Shown: positions 1-11,470, numbered from the stretch's first letter. The stretch is 64,000 bases of DNA from Octopus sinensis (GCF_006345805.1 NC_043014.1:36890001-36954000); one strand, 5' to 3'. Numbers and translations: made by a program. Notes: a model not told the origin generated them from the letters alone.

Positions 1-99
1 GGGACATATATATTTTAGAGGACAACTAGAAGTTTCTGTGGGACAATTTACTGAGTGCTGCTGACCAAATTTGTGCTTGGTGCAAAGTCCCAACCTGGC

Positions 100-435
100 C
101 GAGGATGACTTAGTGTGGAAAAAGGAGGTGGACAATGCTATAAAATCAAAGAGACATGCCTGCAAGAACTGGAAAAACGGTGGAAGCAAAGCATTATAAC
201 AGGGAGCTTTGCCAACGTTATACAACGTAAGGAGAGACGTGAGGTGCTCAGGATTGCAAAGCAGTGTATCAGAGAGAAAAGAGATGTGGTAGGTGAGAAA
301 TGTGTGCGAATGGATCACGATATGCTTGCGCTTAGTGAATCAGAGAAGAAAGATGCGTGGAGATGCCATTATGAAAGGTTGTTAAATGTGGGGAATGACT
401 AGAAGGAGAGTCGTTCAAATATTGAAACAATTAAG
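100..435 (+). mobile_element. RTE-clade non-LTR retrotransposon fragment (between endonuclease and RT)
   Basis: ORF 115-402 contains EKCVRMDHDMLALSESEKKDAWRCHYERLLNV, the typical RTE linker segment; truncated. Confidence 0.7.
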
Positions 436-554
436 GGACCCTTTTGGTAATAAATGGCATACGGCTGTCTACATTAATTTGGTTGATATAAATATGTATA
501 TATATATAAACACACACACTCAGAGAGATAGTGTGTGTGTGTGTGGTGTGTGTG

Positions 555-586
<32 letters not shown>

Positions 587-828
587 TGCGTGTGCGTGAA
601 ATCTTAGAGTTTAATAAATTCTCATAAATTTAAACTACTTTGTAAAGAGATGCCTTTCCCAGTCACTTCGCTTTTCAAATATATGTTCTCGGGTTCAATC
701 TCACTGCACGTCGCCTTGGGAGAGTGTCTTTAACTATAGCCCCAGACAGGCCAATACTTTTTCAGTAAATTTATTTCGCTTAGTTCTGCCGGACTAATAT
801 GCCAGGCGTCTAGAGATAGATTCTCCTT

Positions 829-936
<108 letters not shown>

Positions 937-1024
937 TTATTATTTGATGGAATAAAATCCAAATTACAAGGAAAAAGAATTCAATTTAGAAATACTAAAT
1001 CAAATTCCACACAATATAATTTAT

Positions 1025-1260
1025 ATATAAAATAATAGAAAAAAAACACCTTTTATCAATTCAAAATGAATAATTAAATTACACCATCTAGAAAATTACA
1101 TAAAATAGAAAAGTTAAAATTAAAATAACAATTAAAATTAATTACTTTTTAATTGTTATTTTAATTTTAACTTTTCTATTATATGTAATTTTCTAGATGG
1201 TGTAATTTAATTATTCATTTTGACTTGATAAAAGGTGGTTTTTTTCTAATATTTTATATA
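1025..1260. repeat. AT-rich long palindrome (about 110-bp arms), probably Penelope-like inverted terminal repeat
   Basis: 1025-1137 is a near-perfect reverse complement of 1146-1260 (e.g. ACACCATCTAGAAAATTACATA / TATGTAATTTTCTAGATGGTGT); flanked by (TA)n. Confidence 0.8.
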
Positions 1261-1504
1261 TATATATATAAACCGACCTTTTCTGTTAAGGTAATCTCAT
1301 CTATAATTCGATTAAATACCAATTCAAGATCGAATTCTAATCATAAAGTTTTGGAATTTTTAAAGTCATTTCGTGTAGCTTAGCTCCTACGTTTAAATAT
1401 CTTGTCTTGATTTCCGACTGGTTTACTATTTTAAATTAATAAAAGGAATTGAAAAGTGTATTTCATTTGCTGTATCATATTTCATTTTTCTTGTTTAATT
1501 TTAG

Positions 1505-1522
1505 CTACCACTGCTAAACCGA
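1505..1522 (+). CDS. Micro-exon A (18 nt, phase 1-1) of unnamed Thr-rich, putatively GPI-anchored protein: (T)TTAKP
   Basis: Acceptor ttttcttgtttaattttAG, exon CTACCACTGCTAAACCGA, donor GTGAGT; in frame with the downstream micro-exons. Confidence 0.7.
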
Positions 1523-1937
1523 GTGAGTAAATTTTTCTCTTATTTTAATTTCATTGTACAGAATTACATTCTTTTGTGTCCACTAGTGGGACAAATTATT
1601 AGTGTCTCGTCAAAAAACTTTTACATCATTTCTGTCCAGTTGAGTTCTGAGCTCCAATTCCGCTAAGGTCGAGTTTCTCATGCTTTCATCTTGCCAGATG
1701 CCAATGAATATAATACTGTCTAGTACCAGGCTCTACTTAAATTAACAGTTGCATTTCTCCAAACAATATAGCTTTATATCTATCCTATGTCATTCTGATG
1801 TAACGCTTTGACTATGGGACGAAATGAAAACACTATTTATCATACACATAATAAATACGCCGTCAGGAAGATAACTAAAACGAAATAATAAAATAGTAAA
1901 TAAAGTAAAACATACATAAGTATGATATATATATATA

Positions 1938-3167
1938 CGAGGGGCGTTCAATAAGTAATGCCCCTGACCCACTTCCCATAGCAGTAGAGCATCGACACTT
2001 GGCACAGTTATTAGCCTTTTCCTACATAGGAACTACCCAGAGTTATGCATTTCTCCCATCGTTTGATACAGCTCTGGAGACCGTTTTTGTAGAAGACGAC
2101 GTGACTTCATAAATCAAGGCTGCATCATCTGGGAAACACTTTCCTTTCAAAATCAACTTCATGGCTGGGAAGAGGTGAAAATCAGAGGGTGCAAGGGGAG
2201 GAGTTCATAGCTGCACGCCTGTGCTTCTGATCTGGCGACACGCGAGGTGTGGACCAGAGCGTTGTCCTGCAGGAGGAGGATGCCTTTGCTGATCTTGCCC
2301 CGCCTCTTGATTTTGATAGCTTCTCTTAATTTCCTCAAAAGTGAAGCATAATAGGCTCCTGTAATTGTGGTACCCTTTGCCAGGAAATCTGTCATCACTA
2401 CTCCGTCCTGGTCCCAGAAGACTGTGAGCATAACCTTGTCAGCGGAGGGCTGCACCCTTGCCTTCTTTGGAGGAGGTGAGTCACGGTGCTTTCACTGCAT
2501 TCACTGGGCTTTGGTCTATGGATCATAGTGATGGACCCAGGTTTTATCCTGTGTGATCAGTCTTTTGAAAAATTTTGACTCATCTTCTTGGCACATCTCC
2601 AAATTCATCCTCGAGCACTCAACGCGTTCTTGCTTCTGGAAAGGTGTGAGCAACCTGGAAATCCATCTGGCAGACACCTTTTGCATATGCAAATGGTCAT
2701 GAATGATAGTTTCCACAGACCCGGTACTAATCTTGACCTTATGGGCTATTTGGCGAATAGTTATGCGTTGACCTTCCAAAATGGCAGCCTCAACTTGACG
2801 GACAGACGTCTCATCAACGGCAGAAGGGGGCGACCAGATCTGGGAGCTGTTTCCACAGAGTTCGGACTATGTTTGAATTCACAATGCCAGCGTTTCACAA
2901 GGTCATATGATGGGGCATCATCACCATAAGTTACTTTCATTTCATCAAAAGTCTCCCGTGGTGTGCGTCCTTTCAAATACAAAAACCAGATCACTGCTCG
3001 ACACTCAACAGGCTCCATTTCACACTTGACTCAGTTCAAACACCTGTAAATCAGAAACCACAATTAGTTCAGAGCTGTAATTCGCCACTTAATCTATAGA
3101 GGTATAAATAAGTGCACATGCACAATTTCAGCTAGATCAAACAACTGCAAGTGTGTCAGGGGCATTA
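1938..3167 (-). mobile_element. Mariner (DD34D) DNA transposon, defective
   Basis: TA + TIR CGAGGGGCGTTCAATAAGTAATGCCCCTGAC at 1938; partial opposite TIR GTCAGGGGCATTA at 3155-3167; transposase remnants inside. Confidence 0.92.
2011..3018 (-). pseudogene. Mariner transposase pseudogene
   Basis: MEPVECRAVIWFLYLKG HTH start, ITQDKTWVHHYDP, KVMLTVFWDQDG, LLQDNA, LAPSDFHLF; frameshifts and loss of HPPYSPD. Confidence 0.92.
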
Positions 3168-3409
3168 TATATATAAACCGACCTTTTCTGAAAAGGTAAT
3201 CTCATCCATAATTCGATTAAATGCCAATTCAAGATCGAATTCTAATCATAAAGTTTTGGAATTTTTTAAATCATTTCGTGTAGCTCAGCTCCTACGTTTA
3301 AATATCTTGTCTTGATTTCCGACTGGTTTACTATTTTAAATTAATAAAAGGAATTGAAAAGTGTATTTCATTTGCTGTATCATATTTCATTTTTCTTGTT
3401 TAATTTTAG

Positions 3410-3430
3410 CTACTACCACTGCTAAACCGA
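3410..3430 (+). CDS. Micro-exon B (21 nt, phase 1-1): TTTTAKP
   Basis: Same acceptor as exon A, exon CTACTACCACTGCTAAACCGA, donor GTAAGT; duplicate of exon A with one extra codon. Confidence 0.72.
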
Positions 3431-3474
3431 GTAAGTAACTTTTTCTCATATCTTAATTTCATCATCTCCAAACC

Positions 3475-3556
<82 letters not shown>

Positions 3557-3739
3557 AAATATTAGGGAATAAAATCCAAATTTACAGGGAAAAATCAGAT
3601 TTAGGATTGAATCCAATTTTATAGTAAAATATAATATAATATTAATTAGAGACAAAACCATTATTATGCAAATCAAACAAAGAAAGACTTAGTTTTAAAC
3701 TATATATATAGTTTAAAACTTGCAAAGAAGGTCTTGAAA

Positions 3740-3785
3740 CCACCTGATGAATGTCCATAGAAGTGACTAGAAACGATCGTAGTGG
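3740..3785 (+). ncRNA. Minimal type I hammerhead ribozyme motif (Penelope-like element type)
   Basis: CCAC-CTGATGA-A-(TGTC..GACTA)-GAA-ACGATCGT-A-GTGG: stem I CCAC/GTGG, intact core, palindromic stem III, GUA cleavage triplet; inside inverted repeats 3640-3690/3833-3885. Confidence 0.7.
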
Positions 3786-4149
3786 ATATCTTAATTATAT
3801 TTAATTTATATAAAATTTTTTATGTATTGGATTAAGTCTTTCTTTGTTTGATTTGCATAATAGTGGTTTTGTCTCTAATTAATATTATATATATATATAT
3901 ATACACACAATGATGAAGATATATCATAATGTTTTCGGGCAATTACAGTCCCTGTCAGTGCATATGTATACAATTATGTGCTTATCTACAGCATTAGATC
4001 TTTTAGCTCTTATTTCTAGCAATGTAGGTTTCTAGCACCCTTAGTCATATTTAGTGACAATTATTAGTTTTCCTTTTTGGTAACTCGTTGCACTCGGCTA
4101 TCTATAGCAATTTTTTATACATAAAAACATATGTCACATAAAAACATCA

Positions 4150-4376
4150 TTTGAGCCTGGCTGTTGACAGTACCGCATGACTGGCCCTGTGTCGGTGGCA
4201 CGTAAAAGCACCCACTACACTCTCGGAGTAGTTGGCGTTAGGAAGGGCATCCAGCTGTAGAAACTCTGCCAGATCAGATTGGAGCCTGGTGCAACCATCT
4301 GGCTCGCCAGTCCTCAGTCAAACCGTCCAACCCATGCCAGCATGGAAAGTGGACGTTAAAAGATGATGATGATGAA
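4150..4376 (+). mobile_element. RTE-tailed SINE/LINE 3' end with (GAT)n tail
   Basis: GTGGCACGTAAAAGCACCCACTACAC...GGACGTTAAAAGATGATGATG; same family at 36740-37175, 55980-56250, 61890-62070. Confidence 0.75.
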
Positions 4377-4619
4377 TGATATGTATATGTGTGTGTGTGT
4401 GCGTGTGTATTTCCCAGTCAATTCGCATTTCAACCACATGCAACACATTGTCAGCAAATTTGTTGGCTTCCTATAACTCAGCGGTTCAGCAAAAGACATC
4501 GAGAGAGTAGGTACCAGACTGAAAACATACGTACTGTGATTACCCTGTTTGACAAAACCTTTCAAGACAATGGTCCAGTATGGCCACAGTCGGATGACTG
4601 TAACAAGTAAAAGATAAAA

Positions 4620-5187
4620 TAAACGATAAACGTCGCCCTTTTCAAGCCTAGCTAGGCTCATGGGTCCGGTTTCCCGGTTACTGTGGCATATGTGTTCCCC
4701 CCCCCAGCTGGACGGGACGCCAGCCCATCGTAGCGTTACTCAAGAAATAAGAGGGAGTGAGAGAAAGTTGTGGCGAAAGGGTACAACAGGGGTCTCTACC
4801 ACACCCTGCCGGAGCCTCATGGAGCTTCTGGGTGTTTTCGTTCAATAAACACACACAACGCCCGGTCTGAGAATCGAAACCGCGATCCTCCAACCGCGAG
4901 TCTGCTGCCCTAACCATTGGGCCATTGCGCCTCCAGAAATGCGCCTTTTTAAAGCCTAGCCAGACTCATGGACCCGGTTTCTCGGTTTCAATGGCGTATG
5001 TGTTCCCCAGCTGGACGGGACGCCAGTCCATCGCAGCGTTACTCATTTTTGCCTGCTGAGTGGACTGGAGCAACGTGAAATGAAGTGTTTTTGCTCAAGA
5101 ACACAAAGCGTCGCATGGTCCTGGAATTGAAACCACAATCTTATGATCATGATGCTGACACCCTAACCACTAAGCCAGGCACCTCCA
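4620..5187 (-). mobile_element. Two adjacent tRNA-derived SINEs
   Basis: Reverse strand heads GGAGGCGCAATGGCCCAATGGTTAGGG (ends 4934) and GGAGGTGCCTGGCTTAGTGGTTAGGG (ends 5187) with A/B boxes. Confidence 0.75.
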
Positions 5188-5964
5188 CAAAAGATAAAAT
5201 ATTAAGTACTAAACCCAAGTAATTGACTACAACCTCTTTCGAAATATGTAGACGTGTGATTATTATTGTTCTTCTTTGTATATCTATAACATACATTGCA
5301 TGTTGCGAATGCTGTCTTCATATTTCACGTCGAAAAAACAGTCTAACTCTATTTTCGCCGCAGCCCGTCTGTCGCGTTGCCATTTGTATACTGCAAACTA
5401 GCGCTTTCTTTAATATCTAGTTTTATGTCACTACTTCTTTGTCATACTCTATCGATTCTACGCTAATGAGTCCCTTTAAAAATCAACCATCACCGCTTGT
5501 TGATAATCACCTCTATCAGCTTCTGCTTAATCAGTCACCAAATGCAGTTGTTGTTGGTGTTCTGGACCAGTTTCCAGTAACTTTACCCCTGATATATTGA
5601 ATCGAGAATGAAAGTTCAAAAGACATTAAATAAACCGCTTTTGTATAAGAGCATTGTAGTTAGTTTGAAGCATTGTAATATCAAAGAAGGTAAAAAGAGA
5701 GAAAATAGCTTCTGACAATGCGGAAAGTTTTATAATACCTTTATATTTCAGGTGCAAAGGCACGTTTTCAGGAGAAGACAATCTGGAGAATGTTCAGTTG
5801 TGCAGATTCCGTTAACCCATTCAAATCCTTTGCATAACTGGACATTTCCCAAGTTGTTTTTCTTCTGAAATATAAAGGTTTATAAAACTTTCCGCATTGT
5901 CAAAAGCTTTCTATTCTCTTTCTTTTTAACCTGCTTTTAATATGTTTTCTATTTTTTATTCAAG

Positions 5965-5997
5965 CTACTACAAAACCACCACTTACTGTAGATTCAC
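5965..5997 (+). CDS. Micro-exon C (33 nt, phase 1-1): TTTKPPLTVDS
   Basis: Acceptor ttttctattttttattcAAG, donor GTAAGT at 5998; open frame continuing the Thr/Lys/Pro pattern. Confidence 0.75.
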
Positions 5998-6932
5998 GTA
6001 AGTTTTTCTATCTTCATTTCATTCAACAGTATTCTAATCTTGCTTTATCAGTCTCATCGATCCTTCTATTCGCATCCCTGTCCCCATCTTGAGTTTTTAA
6101 AATTTGTAAAGGACCCGTTCGTACTTCGGTGTGAAATAATTGTTTTCACAGATCTCTTTCGAGTGTATTCAACGTATTTCGCTTCCAAACCCACCGTAAG
6201 CCACTTTCTTCCGGAAAAGAAAGGGGAGATGGGTTGTGGGGACCTCGGAGTTTCCCACCAACGGAGTTTTGTTTTTCTTTTCCTGATTATTTCGCATGCT
6301 TTCCACGAATATGGCGTCGAAATCACGCGTAAACGGTTCCTTTCCCCAGAAAAGGAAAGATTTGGCAGTTATTTCTTGCACTCCTTGCTACCACGTAACA
6401 GCTATATCCGGTCCTTTATCACAGATAATTGTTACGTGGTAGCAGGGCGTGCTAGAATTAGCAGCGAAATCTTTGGAGGTGAGATACGTTGAATGCACTC
6501 GAAAAAAACCTATGGAAAAAAATTATTTCGCACCGAGCTTACGACCGGGTCTTTTACGAAATATTTACTGTACTTTTAAAGCCATTTTCACTTTAAAATA
6601 TTTTTTAGATATGCCAAAAATAATTTGTGTAATGGTATTGACTTGAAAATAGTTTTTAAAAACATTAAAATATTGTCTGTTTAAAGAAAACTATAAATAC
6701 TTACTGTACAAACTTACATTTTTGAAATTCCATTCACTTAAAAATATTTGTAAATGATTAAAATATTGTGTTTAACAAAAACCAAAATAGAAACTTTTAC
6801 TGTAAAAAAAACTCGTATTTTTTCGTTGGCAAGTCACTAATACTTTTGCCCATCATATCGAAAAGAACAGAAAAATAATTAAAACCTCAAATATTCCTTT
6901 TCTGCATGTTCTTTTTTTGTTGTTTGTTTTAG

Positions 6933-6980
6933 TTCCTAAGATAAAATGGGCGTGGCGTCGTCGATCAAAGTCTAACGCAG
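6933..6980 (+). CDS. Micro-exon D (48 nt, phase 1-1): LPKIKWAWRRRSKSNA
   Basis: Acceptor tttttttgttgtttgttttAG, donor GTAAGT at 6981; open in the phase-1 frame. Confidence 0.72.
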
Positions 6981-7571
6981 GTAAGTGAATTTCTTTCTCC
7001 ATCTCATTTTAATAATTTTCGCTCTTATTAAGTATAGTGCAAGACTCAAACTATTCCGGCAAGCATGGAACCGGGTTTCTGAATTTTCCGGTTCTCTGGA
7101 AACAGCCTAAATATATACTTAAAATATAAAATAAATATGAAAAGATAAAATTATATTTAACAGATTCAAATTAATACACCTGTAGCGGGAATGCTCAGCG
7201 ATTAGCTAGAGTATTTCCCGTGTGATAAAAAAAATTCAAACCAATCATGACTTCACCTAGAACTGGCTCCAGCAACGAATCCATCTTTTCGTGCCTTTCT
7301 CACTGAGCCTACCTAGCACTATAAAGTCAGCATACTTTATCTACTTAACAGAGAGCATTGACAGGTACCATAGGAGGCGGCCAACAGAGATGACGGTCAG
7401 CAGCTGACTCGAGCTAACAACCACAATGAACGATCGCCGACAGCTACACAATGACAAACAACTAAGGTTTTTGACTGCTAGTACAATTACACGAAGAGCA
7501 ATAACATTCACATCCTCTCAACGACAACCTTAGATACACATAAAATTAATATGCTTCTAAAGCAAGGTATG

Positions 7572-7885
7572 TGGAGGCGCAATGGCCCAGTGGTTAGGGC
7601 AGCGGACTCGCGGTCGGAGGATCGCGGTTTCGATTCCCAGATCGGACGTTGTGTGTGTTTATTGAGCAAAAACACCTGAAAAGCTCCACGAAGCTCCGGC
7701 AGGGGTGGGTGGCGACCCCTGTTGTTCTCTTTCGCCCCAACTTTTTCTCACTCTTTCTTCCTGTTTCTTGGGTAATGCTGCAATGGACTGGCGTCCCGTC
7801 CAGCTGAAGGGAACACACACGCCATAGAAACCGGGAAACCAGGCCCATGAGCCCGGCTAGGTTTGAACAGGGCGCATAAATAAAA
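7572..7885 (+). mobile_element. tRNA-derived SINE (GGAGGCGCAATGGCCCAGTGG family)
   Basis: A box TGGCCCAGTGG, B-box-like GGTTTCGATTCC, A-rich tail; partial inverted copy 8012-8137; another copy 57195-57418. Confidence 0.8.
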
Positions 7886-7896
7886 TATTATTTTTA

Positions 7897-7928
<32 letters not shown>

Positions 7929-8205
7929 GTTTATTTGTATTATTTCATTCATTATCGGCATTCTATAGACACCGCCTTAGAGTATTGAAAGAGTAAGCAG
8001 GGTCACCACCATTGCCGGAGCCTCGTGGAGCTTTTAGTGGTTTTCGCTCAATAAACACACCACGCCCGGTCTGGGAATCGAAACCGCGATCCTCGACCGC
8101 AAGTCCGCTGCCCTAACCATTGGGCCTTGCGCCTCCATTTTTTATTATTATTATTATTATTATTATATTATTATTATTATTATTATTATCTTCTATCCAT
8201 AACAG

Positions 8206-8291
8206 ATTACATTGCACGGTGCGAATATTCCAACGCTTCTAGAGTTTTAACAATTGCAACATACCTGGTTTTATCCGAAATTCTTCGTTAA
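8206..8291 (+). CDS. Putative terminal exon: DYIARCEYSNASRVLTIATYLVLSEILR* (GPI-signal-like)
   Basis: Acceptor cttctatccataacAG, phase 1 matches exon D, stop TAA 8289-8291; small residues SNAS followed by a hydrophobic tail. Confidence 0.6.
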
Positions 8292-8477
8292 GCACATGAA
8301 AAGAACCAAATAAGTTAGTAACTTCCTATCTTTAATGTATTGCAAGTTTATTATGCTATTATGTTTTGTATGTATTCGATTGTTCCTTCATGTTCATGAC
8401 CTATGTAAGACAGTAGAATGACCATATCTTTCGAACATGTATTTAAACCTATAGTATCTATCATTCCGTTACTGTTT

Positions 8478-8484
8478 GATGTAT

Positions 8485-8522
<38 letters not shown>

Positions 8523-8965
8523 TGTATATATCTATATATGTATGTATTATGTATGTATGTATGTATGTATGTATGTATATTATATATATATGTATGTATA
8601 TATATATATATATATGTGTATGATATGTATGTATGTATGTATGTATGTATATATTGTATGTATGTATATATGTATGTATGTTGTATATATATGTATGTAT
8701 ATATATGTATTATGTATATATATATATATGTATGTATGTATGTATGTATATATATATGTATGTATGTATATATATATGTATGTATGTATATATATATATG
8801 TATGTATGTATGTATATATATATATATGTATTATGTAGTATGTTATATATGTATGTATATATATGTATGTATGTAGTATATATATGTATGTATTATATAT
8901 GTATGTTATATATATATGTATGTATGTATATATATATATATATGTATTTAGTATATATATGTTTG

Positions 8966-9012
<47 letters not shown>

Positions 9013-9260
9013 ATATATGTATGTATGTATGTATATATATATATGTATGTATATATGTATGTATGTAAGTATGTATGTATGTATGTATATATATGTATGT
9101 ATGTATATATATGTATGTATGTATTATATATATATGTATATATATATATATGTATGTATGTATGTATGTATATATATATGTATGTATGTATGTATGTATA
9201 TATATATATTAATGTATGTATGTATGTATGCATATATATATATGTATGTATGTATGTATG

Positions 9261-9291
<31 letters not shown>

Positions 9292-9805
9292 ATATATATG
9301 TATGTATGTATATATATGTATGTATGTATATACTTTGATACTTTGATAGGTTTCGGCCATTATTGGCCCAGGCCATGTCTAACTTAATAGCACCACCTGG
9401 TGAAGTCTTTCAAGTCAGAATTTGGGCACTATGGCCCACTCAAGTAGAGAGTTATTGTTTACACTATGGCCCACTCAAGTAGAGAGTTATTGTATATACA
9501 TGTATGTATGTATTTATATGTATGTATGTATGTATATATATATATGTATGTATGTATATATATATATGTATGTGTGTATGTGTGTATGTGTGTGTGTGTG
9601 TATGTGTGTGTGTATGTGTGTATGTGTGTGTGTATGTATGTGTGTGTATGTATGTGTGTATGTATGTATGTGTGTATGTATGTGTGTATGTATGTGTGTA
9701 TGTATATATGTATGTATGTATGTGTGTATATATGTATGTATATATGTGTGTATATATGTATATATATATATGTGTGTGTGTGTGTGTATATATATATATT
9801 GTGTG

Positions 9806-9902
<97 letters not shown>

Positions 9903-10000
9903 ATATATATATATGTGTGCGTGTGTGTGTATATATATATATGTATGTATATATATATATATATTTATATATATATTTATATATATTTTTATATATATAT
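8478..10000. repeat. Compound (TA)n/(TATG)n/(TG)n microsatellite blocks
   Basis: About 850 bp and 510 bp of simple repeat separated by a 160-bp spacer containing a 30-bp tandem duplication. Confidence 0.95.
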
Positions 10001-10340
10001 TAGAGGGTTTGGAGATGATGTACAGGTATGTATTTTACATTAGAAGAAATGGGGTACTCAGAAGTTCGGATGGTTTTATATTTACAGATATTTATTTGTA
10101 TATTACATGTTTTTATACATCATATATCACATATCATATATTAGCGCTTTCGTCCATTCTAGTGGAGTTTTCAACTTGAACTAAGTTCTTGGGGGAAATT
10201 TGACCATTTCTATAGTGTTATTGAGTGTGTAGTGGTGGGGACAGATATAAGATAGTACAAGAGGTTGATGAATGGGGAGAAAGTGAGGGAGAGAGCATGT
10301 GTGTGTGTGTGTGCGTGCGTGTGTGTGTGTGTATGTGTTT

Positions 10341-11165
10341 GTGTGTGTTTGTATCTGAAAAAAGTGTTAAAGAAAAAGAAGGAAAGGAAGAAAAGGAAGA
10401 GAAAGTACAAAAAATTGTTTTGTTGGTCTCTTTGTAGCTGGTCAGGATGTTTACTCCAAGGGGAGCAAAATGTTACTTTTCAAAAAATTGTCTGGATTTC
10501 TTTTTTATCATTGTCTAGTGAGAGTGCGTGTGTCTCTGTGTGTGTGTGTGTGTGTGTGTGCGTGCGTGTGTGTGTGTGTAGTGTTTTGTGGTGTTTGTAG
10601 AAAAAAGAAAGAAAAAGAAGAAAGGAAGAGAAAGTACAAAAAATTGTTTTGTTGGTCTCTTTGTAGCTGGTCAGGATGTTTACTCCAAGGGGAGCAAAAT
10701 GTTACTTTTCAAAAAATTGTCTGGATTTCTTTTTTATCATTGTCTAGTGAGAGTGTGTGTGTGTCTGTGTGTGTGTGTGTGTGTGTGGTGTGTGTGTGTG
10801 TGTGTATGTGTGTGTGTGTTTGTATCTGAAAAAGTGTTAAGAAAAAGAAGAAAGGAGAAAAGGAAGGATTACAAGGTTGGTCTGTAGTCGGGATATTTAC
10901 TCCAAGGGAGCAAAATGTTACTTTTCAAAAGTCTGATTTCTTTTTTATCATTGTCTAGTGAGAGTGTGTGTCTCTGTGTGTGTGTGTGTGTGTGTGTGTT
11001 TGTATCTGAAAGGAGTATTAAAGGAAAATATGGAAAGGAGGTAGAAGGGGAGAAATTTTGTTGATTTCATTGCACTTGGTAGGTTTGTCAATAATAATTC
11101 TTGGCTTACAGTGATTGTAAATCCAGCTGTTTTCTCCAAGGGAGGCAAAATGTCACTTTTCAATA
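10341..11165 (+). repeat. Tandem about 230-bp units (3 close copies plus 1 diverged) separated by (GT)n
   Basis: 10393-10526 and 10622-10755 are near identical. Confidence 0.85.
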
Positions 11166-11435
11166 AATATGTATATTTATTGTTGTATATATGTATATAT
11201 GTATGTGTATGTGTGTGTATATGTTTGTGTATCTGTGTGTGTGTCCCTCCTCAACATCGCTTGACAACCGATGCTGGTGTGTTTACGTCCCCATAACATA
11301 GCGGCTCGGCAAAAGAGACAGATAGAATAAGTATTAGGCTTACAAAGAATAAGTCCTGGGGTCAATTTGCTCGACTAAAGGCGGTGCTCCAGCATGGCCA
11401 CAGTCACATGACTGAAACAAGAAAAAGAGAAAAAA

Positions 11436-11470
<35 letters not shown>

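Noticed and set aside
7352-7364. AG..GT-bounded 13-nt candidate micro-exon
   Set aside because: Not a multiple of 3, weak donor, would shift the frame
7572-7650. tRNA-like sequences here and at other SINE heads
   Set aside because: Embedded in longer repeated SINE bodies and lacking a proper cloverleaf; not tRNA genes
8418-10179. Many long ORFs of Y/I/C/M/V repeats, also 17475-17951 and similar
   Set aside because: Translations of (TA)n, (TATG)n, (TG)n and (GTA/GTG)n microsatellites
10147-10180. Minus-strand CTCC-ACTAGAAT-GGAC-GAAAGCGCTA hammerhead half
   Set aside because: Core reads TTGAAAA and stem I does not pair; at most a dead relic
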